NCBI GenBank assembly: GCA_048013815.1
Contig: CM106585.1
Location: 10,230,001 to 10,294,000, forward strand
DNA: 64,000 bases
Direction of reading: 5' to 3'
From: Setoptus koraiensis
Lineage: Eukaryota > Animalia > Arthropoda
Made by a program: the position numbers and the translations under genes. The notes under the pieces are model-generated. The model searched no databases. It was not told where the DNA came from and saw only the letters and a program-made list of their open reading frames with translations. Shown here piece by piece: positions 57,701 through 64,000 of the stretch. How positions within the stretch are numbered: position 1 is the first letter of the stretch; every line of letters starts with the position of its first letter.

Positions 57701-60657
57701 CGACTATCAGACAACAGACTTCCGGACAAATCCAAACAACCACCCCAATCGCCCGACCGTCAGGTTCTACAGTAGATTCTATAATAAGATTTTCCCCTCA
57801 AAACACGTTGACTACTACTACTTCCTTGCCAATAGCGAAATCATTTGGCACAGGAAATGTCATATCTGGAGGAGCAGTCAACGCCAATACTCATCAAAGG
57901 TCCAAACCTTTCACTGCTAGCGGTATGCGTCAGGACTCATTTGAGAGAGAACATCAACTGAACAAAGCACATCCAACGGATCTCGAATTATCTACAAACC
58001 CACCTTCCTTCTCAGATATTCCTATGGCAACGACCAAGCCTACGAACGCATTACAGCCTGAACCGAGCCGATTCCAATCCCAGCGTCAATCACAAGTCCA
58101 GACGGACTTTCCTGTTAATCGCGTTTCATCAACTACATCGGCAAATATCAGACATCACAATGACAGTCCAGCTAGTTTGGCAGTGACTCCGGTGTCACAC
58201 AAGGCAGTCACTCCAAATACCAGTCAGCACTCAGCCCTGATTGATAGTATACTATCAGGTGGAGTGTCCAACCCTGGACAGAGATTGAAACCTGCCTTAA
58301 GTCCTAATGCGGTCAACCCACAGAAAGCTGGCTCCTCATCTAATACACTTAGATATGGAACTAACAACAACGTGGCTGTCGATCCATATGGACTTGATCC
58401 AGCTGCACCGGCGTCTTTGCCTCATTCCTCTCTGTCTAGTGTAGATCAGCAGAGGATCCGTACAGGTTCTCACAGCAATTCTCCCACTTCGTTTCATTTG
58501 CCCAACTACAATCAGCGTCATCCCAACCCATCACCAGTGGATCAGAGTTTGGATCAAAACTTCGGCCACACAAACACCCAAAGTCACAGTCAGACACCAG
58601 CCTCAATCTCTCAAGGTCAAATACAAAACTCAATGGAAGCTCCGCTCAATAGGATCACAAACAAACCAAATAGCACCAGATCTAATACGGACCAAAATCA
58701 GATTTCGCCAGCTCAACCGACTTTGCGTCAGACTTTACCTAGCACAACAACGGCCGCCAATACAGTTCACTCAGCTTCACAGACAATCACGTCTAATCCA
58801 CGAACAAATGGTCCAAATCATCCACCTCAGCTTGACAGCCGTGCTAGTGTTGATGGACCTAATCGTAATGCGGCACACGGAGCCAGACGAATACAACCCG
58901 CAACCTTACCAACCCCTTCGCCTACATCTGAATTTACTCCCTCTTCCGTTCGCAGTACATCAACCAGTAGCTCTAGAGATCCAACATCGTCAACTAGTAT
59001 TGTCAACCAATCTAGGGGTGCATCTGCAAGGGTAGCAAACAGTCAGCGCGGCTCAGCCAGTAACTCCAACAATCACAATAGCAATCAATTGATTGCGAGC
59101 TCTATGATAGATGAGCAAAACAATCACATGATGAATAAAATGGAATCTCACTCTATGCGAACCCCACATCCAACAACAAATGGCCGTGCCAGCCCCTCGG
59201 AAGGAAGTACAGCTAATGGTTTCACTTCAGTGCCAATCCAAGTAAGCGTGACCTCATCGACTTCAGTATCATCAACAACGGCGTCCAGCATACAGAGAGG
59301 AACAAATATGAACAATCAAAGGCTATCGTTGGTTGCCTCTTCAGTAAATCCACCTACATCACAGAATACAATTAACGATGCATCTTCGCCTAGCTTGAAC
59401 ACTCATCAGCATGCTTCTAGTGTAATGCCGACAGCTCACCTGTCAACAAATTCTCTGAACACAACAGCACTATCGACTACAACTACCACCACTACAACAG
59501 TTGCACCAATGGTTGTGTCAACGAGTTCTTCAAATTCCACGAGCTCGATTTCTTCAGTAAGTCCATCGTCCAATCAACCGGAAGCTTCAAGCACAGCACA
59601 ATCAGAACCTACACAGGGAAGTACAACTGAAGGTACTACAGATCCATCTAATAAACGAAGACTTGGATTGGATAGATTTGGCACTCGTCGCAACCCATTC
59701 GCTAATCGATTGAACTCTGCTCGAGATAGCCAAAGTTCAAGTGTTCGCTCAACCACATCAACAACAACCACCACTACTCCAGCTCCTTCGACCACTCGTC
59801 GTGCCTCGGTTTCAACGACGAGGCGACCTAACAGACAGTTCTTCACAGGACGACGACGCCTCGGAGGATCTGAACCTCTATCTAGCACGCAAGCACCAGC
59901 ATCTCCATCGGCCCCAGCTGCAGCAGTTTCGGAATCAATGCCAGAGCAATCTAGTCCCTCCCAGCCCATGTCAGATACGAGCTCTGATGCTTCTCCGGCA
60001 TCATCTACGCCTCAACCAGCACCGTCAACTCAGCCATCTCAAGCTCCTAGTAGAACAAGATTTGGTTCAAGCAATTTTAGAGGAAGACTTTCTTCGACTT
60101 CTACGACGACAACTACAACCACCACCGTTCCAAGTATTGTAAATGAAAAAGCTAGTGAAGGAACTTCTTCATCAACTACGCAAAAGCCTAACCTCTTCAC
60201 AGGAGCCAGGGGTCGACCAACAGCGAAAGCGCGTCTGCCGTTTTTGCGTGGTCGTGGTCAAGGATCAGAGGATACTAGCTCAGTAAGTCCGGCAAGTCAG
60301 GAGAATAGCAATTCAGTAGGCTCATCAACTCCATCTACACCTGTCGTGTCTGTGCAACCTCAACCTGCATCGTCGCCATCCACAGCCACATCGGTAACGT
60401 CAAACGAAGATTCTGGCGAAACTGGTCCAGCAAGTGGCGAAAGTTCTAATGATCCTGTAAACTCAGTGAGTTCATCGCCAGCACACACATCTGATGCAGA
60501 AAATGTCAGCACCTCAACAGCACCTCCTACATCCTCTGCATCCTCAAACGACCAATCGACATCTTTAAATGATAGGAATAGAACCAAACTGAGAGCACTG
60601 TTTGCTTCAAGACAGAGAAACTCAACGCTCTTTGGAAACAGACAGCGCAACAACTAG
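54745..60657 (+). CDS. Very large low-complexity S/T/Q/N/P-rich mucin-like extracellular protein (~1970 aa), single exon
   Basis: 5.9-kb open frame. One hydrophobic segment (PLVISLFLIILAINNSYILLSYA), which becomes a signal peptide if ATG 55111 is used. Poly-Thr/Ser stretches and a distinctive EDVVIYYYYYYDD motif. First ATG at 54745. Confidence 0.8.
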   Translation: MRQPHNCGSQASEISAKMNGVHHSPANNSRKPIKYPHISSVMNRLHQRRENFRIFHNICSADRYENSHSATTTESSMPNTTNVCPTTTNQLIRFYANESSFSNQLTSSVIASRNRKNHSASIMHNIPVKHPLVISLFLIILAINNSYILLSYAKNNNNQPDTKLNINNNNANKNAINNNNARQKNDDYYISPLLQADEDLIEKINNKLRLDTAMPAASQQLKSSSNLSDRQNNQPESDVDSQQKQEYEALKAEIDALEDQLALASQNQIRLTYDKPLGSVSQQQQQQRNQLISNNNYNQDTQHYQQDASYAPKEQISRSSSNVHDSSNETNAAPKTSPERSKQDKPMSLSSSSQQSNNNSDNSPTSLFIGQLESSPTVHDSLVSDMEDDYYPMSQGSTNEDDIASSLSRVPNSNKASDASKVSSASLPNDKKAINGAIDKSSDSKINNDLEVSAQTQILNSNSRRGFDFGPQSHQSNNPTLIASNQFPTNPTVTRQQANQFNQQDPSTSTLLSVENVWRPQNDQELNQQYNRARNLQITSASRFDTNDGDQTSQPSALEHRPQPHHVHFTGHSFLPTPPPLQPTNNREFKFQQPGAAASGPLISVLSGGDNGGGHHSVTWNPPPTINPPTLGLQPGQPQISGNQFPLPVPQFGPLSPLPIQPLSNNGRAPTRFESSPQQGQPRFENQQNQLRFENQPRFPENSASNRQRFEDHSQGPPSRFESSMTEAAPRLNEQDVSTISSKFDNQLSLSTGQPISSSTGLQSPLFDGAFQNSRNFTFNDQNNFNTQPSVDDIPTEGISVRPQPPPVANFDNRNQSFRPSQWASQGPSTSPRTEINEKAAFDSQPKPILKAPQTQLATNQALNKPPPKQQVNAPFTTSTRSSLDVTSPPGNVGNTTKKEDVVIYYYYYYDDNKNGTVVAVNGTAANGNHSSTSETVMEDGLEDTPYMDDPMTIPSTSQAPGSTDKSPKVTSSTDPTSSFSTRNPTTIRQQTSGQIQTTTPIARPSGSTVDSIIRFSPQNTLTTTTSLPIAKSFGTGNVISGGAVNANTHQRSKPFTASGMRQDSFEREHQLNKAHPTDLELSTNPPSFSDIPMATTKPTNALQPEPSRFQSQRQSQVQTDFPVNRVSSTTSANIRHHNDSPASLAVTPVSHKAVTPNTSQHSALIDSILSGGVSNPGQRLKPALSPNAVNPQKAGSSSNTLRYGTNNNVAVDPYGLDPAAPASLPHSSLSSVDQQRIRTGSHSNSPTSFHLPNYNQRHPNPSPVDQSLDQNFGHTNTQSHSQTPASISQGQIQNSMEAPLNRITNKPNSTRSNTDQNQISPAQPTLRQTLPSTTTAANTVHSASQTITSNPRTNGPNHPPQLDSRASVDGPNRNAAHGARRIQPATLPTPSPTSEFTPSSVRSTSTSSSRDPTSSTSIVNQSRGASARVANSQRGSASNSNNHNSNQLIASSMIDEQNNHMMNKMESHSMRTPHPTTNGRASPSEGSTANGFTSVPIQVSVTSSTSVSSTTASSIQRGTNMNNQRLSLVASSVNPPTSQNTINDASSPSLNTHQHASSVMPTAHLSTNSLNTTALSTTTTTTTTVAPMVVSTSSSNSTSSISSVSPSSNQPEASSTAQSEPTQGSTTEGTTDPSNKRRLGLDRFGTRRNPFANRLNSARDSQSSSVRSTTSTTTTTTPAPSTTRRASVSTTRRPNRQFFTGRRRLGGSEPLSSTQAPASPSAPAAAVSESMPEQSSPSQPMSDTSSDASPASSTPQPAPSTQPSQAPSRTRFGSSNFRGRLSSTSTTTTTTTTVPSIVNEKASEGTSSSTTQKPNLFTGARGRPTAKARLPFLRGRGQGSEDTSSVSPASQENSNSVGSSTPSTPVVSVQPQPASSPSTATSVTSNEDSGETGPASGESSNDPVNSVSSSPAHTSDAENVSTSTAPPTSSASSNDQSTSLNDRNRTKLRALFASRQRNSTLFGNRQRNN

Positions 60658-60964
60658 GAGAAGAATTTTTCTGTTCAAGCTAAGTGCAAACTCAATGTAG
60701 ACCACTTCGGAGAGAAAATATGTGCCACAAAAAATGTATTCTAAATTAATCTACTCACATATAATCAAATATGAGTAACCTTTCGTTCTAACTAACGAAG
60801 ACCAGGCGATCTCGCACTTTCATTTCATGCTGGGATTACCTTTCTTTTCACTAAAGGAGTGGAGTAGTTTAAAATTGAGACATATGAGACATCATTGTTC
60901 CTGTAGTAGCCATTGGTTGTCGGAATGAGGTGGTTAACTTGAGTTTGATTTTTCTCATTTATTG

Positions 60965-61936
60965 TTACACTCTATCAAAACTTTCCTCAGAAGTTATGTC
61001 GACTATAAGTTCTTTGGGCCTATCTTCATCATTTTCAAACTCTTTTAGACTACCAGCAACATAACTCACGGAAGTTTCATACATTTGTCGACACTGCTTT
61101 GATTGTGCATAGTGTAGAAATTTCAACCAATATTGAGAATTTTGATTCAATTCATGTACTGCACTAATCATGACTCCAATTGGATGACGACCGCATATAG
61201 TATTGCCATATTTCCTGAGATAAGAAGAAAATTTGGTTGGCTCAAGTTCTTTGATTGTTTGCATACCCATTTTATCTAACCTCTCAATACTTTGGTAAAT
61301 TTGTCCCCATGATTTGTCGTAGAATTGGTATTGGAAGCCTTGTCCCCAATGACAGAAATCTGATGATATAACAAAGGCGTTTTCACGATCTGCGAGATAT
61401 TTGGATAAAATTTTACCATACACCTGTTCTTTTTCAAAAGTTAAAGATCCTACCATCACTGGTACAATTGTGTAAGGTGAACCACGTTTCTCCATTATTC
61501 TCACAATATATGGCAATTGCATTTCTATACTGTGCTCCCTCTCGTCACTTTGAATGGTCATTTCCTCGAACATGGTTGTTGCGAAGAGTTCTTCATAAAT
61601 ATCTTGATCAATATTCAGATTGCCGATAGGGGTCTCATAAGTAGAAGCTGGACTTAAGGCACATCCGCCTAGTCTGACCCAATGAGACGGGCCGAGTATG
61701 AATATTCTCTTAACAATATGGGGGTCGATTTCTTTGAATGCATGAGCTGCACAACTTCCACTGTATTCATATCCAGCGTGTGGTGAGATAATCGCTCTAG
61801 CTGGCGAAAAAACTGGCTGTCCGGCGGAGTCAAGCCAATTGTTGAGTTTAGTACGCAAAGCTTCGGGTGAGTCCTCATACCAATCGCCGGCGTGTGCTGC
61901 CCTACGGACGAGATCCTTTTTTGTTCGGCGAGGCAT
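60965..61936 (-). CDS. MEMO1: Protein MEMO1 (mediator of ErbB2-driven cell motility; dioxygenase-like fold), 323 aa, intronless
   Basis: R.A.HAG.WY, IISPHAGYEYSG, FILGPSH, EHSIEMQLPY, ISSDFCHWG, NTICGRHPIG, SVSY. Confidence 0.97.
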   Translation of the reverse strand: MPRRTKKDLVRRAAHAGDWYEDSPEALRTKLNNWLDSAGQPVFSPARAIISPHAGYEYSGSCAAHAFKEIDPHIVKRIFILGPSHWVRLGGCALSPASTYETPIGNLNIDQDIYEELFATTMFEEMTIQSDEREHSIEMQLPYIVRIMEKRGSPYTIVPVMVGSLTFEKEQVYGKILSKYLADRENAFVISSDFCHWGQGFQYQFYDKSWGQIYQSIERLDKMGMQTIKELEPTKFSSYLRKYGNTICGRHPIGVMISAVHELNQNSQYWLKFLHYAQSKQCRQMYETSVSYVAGSLKEFENDEDRPKELIVDITSEESFDRV

Positions 61937-63527
61937 GATGATGTCTTGTGATATTCCCAGATAGTGGATTTAGATTGCGAGTTTTAGTTCTAATATGCTA
62001 ATCATTCAATATTCAAGAGCTCAAATCATTCTAGCCCTCGCACAATGGTGCGCACTGCACAATTTGGTTGGTCAAGCTTGAATCTGTGCATACTTTCGTA
62101 TGAGTCCGGACAAAGGGCCACTAATTGGTATAGCTGAATCTCCCGTCGTAACCTGGCCAATGCGCGGTAGCACTCTCAGTGATCATGGGAGATGAAGAGA
62201 ATCATCTGAGGATATATATATATGGGGTATTGATTGATAAAAGAGAAATAAGCTTCGCATTTGAAGTTTTAGTTACAGATGCTGATCTATCTAATTCTTA
62301 TTTTCAATGATCTTTTATTGAGTGTCTGAATGTTCCGCACAGTCTCGATTCTTTTCTCTCTAGGAGGCTCTCCCTGGGAGTGTATCCTCTATTGACTATT
62401 TGATTTCAGTATTTTATGCAACGTCTTGCGCATGGGAGATTGCCTTTTGTCCAGATGATTCGCCTCTCGCAGCTGAACAGCTGAAGGAGCACAAATTGTA
62501 GTGCGTCGAACGATGCACAGAATGCACACTTATCACACTTTGTGATATTTGCGCACATTCTGACCATTTTTGTTGTGTTGTAGCTGCTGACATTAATATT
62601 ATATTTATGGTGGACGCAGCGCACAAAGCGCACACTTGGCGAAAAGTGTACACAATGTGCGTAACAAAATTCTAGGGGGCGCTCCAAAGCGCACTCATAC
62701 GCCGTCCTGCCTATTTCTATTATTGTTGTTGTTAGTGCTATTGTTATTATTAGTACTATTGTTATTATGAACCCATAATAACTCGCCATTACTGCATCTC
62801 TATATTGATTCAAATACAAACGAACTGAACTATTTGGGCATCACAGGAACATCGTTGGTATAGTACAATCAAGTTACTATCATTGTAGATAATCATTTTC
62901 ACAGCAGCTCTCCCATATATTAGCATATAGAGAATAGATAGGAAAAAATACGACGCATCAGATTGGGCGAAACATATCATAGGAACAAAGAAGATTGTTA
63001 CTCCGATAGGCAAATCAAAAAGATAGAAGGTCAATCAAAATTGGCTATAGATTTCAATTGGTCAATGGAACAAATTTTTCATCACTGCTGACATCAATCG
63101 GCCTGAAATCGCACACAAATTGCAAATTTACACCTATGCAATCAATTTAGTGTCTGACCATTGGACAATATTATCGGATCGTATTTGTCTCGCTGAATGT
63201 CTTTCTACCTCTGACTTTCACTATTTGGGACACTAAATCAGGGTAGTGTCCACAAATCTATATGTACACTACAATTGATTAGGAGATATTATGTATATTT
63301 GAATTGAACATAGTTACGATCGCTTTATTACTACATAACTGATGTGCCACATATAGATTTTTTTTTTTTTAGGAATAACCAATTGTAGTTAAGACGAGTT
63401 AAAACGAGAACAAATAATAATAGAATTTCGCTCAAAGCCATAAAAAATCAAAGTCATCTACAATCTAGGCAACTACTTGCACAGAGAAATACAACAATAA
63501 CATCGTACAATTGCACACAGCAGTTAG

Positions 63528-64000
<473 letters not shown>

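Noticed and set aside
62040-62700. TGCRCNC (metal-response-element-like) cores near metal-binding MEMO1
   Set aside because: Only about three cores in 1.6 kb, close to random expectation in CA/TG-rich sequence.

Overview
Eukaryotic, intron-poor genomic DNA from an arthropod. It is most likely an acariform mite, possibly an eriophyoid; this is inferred from gene content, intronless housekeeping genes and 95-130 nt minimal introns, not proven. 1-620: decayed end of a Mutator-like (MULE) transposon. 856-18884: tandem array of six minus-strand, 3-exon genes (576-639 aa after splicing). The ORF track splits them, but once spliced they end in a gustatory-receptor/7TM-ion-channel-type S7b motif (W-x-T/A-T-x-x-Y-x-x-x-Q-[FY]) behind two phase-0 introns. 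The array also contains a Tc1/mariner MITE, gene-conversion tracts and one stop-free in-frame intron. 20-46 kb is gene-dense: divergent extended synaptotagmin, a small 4-TM protein, two paralogous 6-Cys secreted/surface proteins each followed by a similar GC hairpin, AASS, NAP1, aldolase, TXNDC15, a minimal RBM8A/Y14, and a CG11883-type 5'-nucleotidase. 46-54.7 kb is microsatellite-rich with no recognisable gene, followed by a ~1970-aa mucin-like ORF. The window ends with MEMO1 and AMMECR1 head-to-head, ~1.6 kb apart. AMMECR1 is missed by the ORF track because it runs off the window. These are the eukaryotic homologues of the two partner proteins of the prokaryotic AmmeMemoRadiSam system, and this pairing is the most striking observation.
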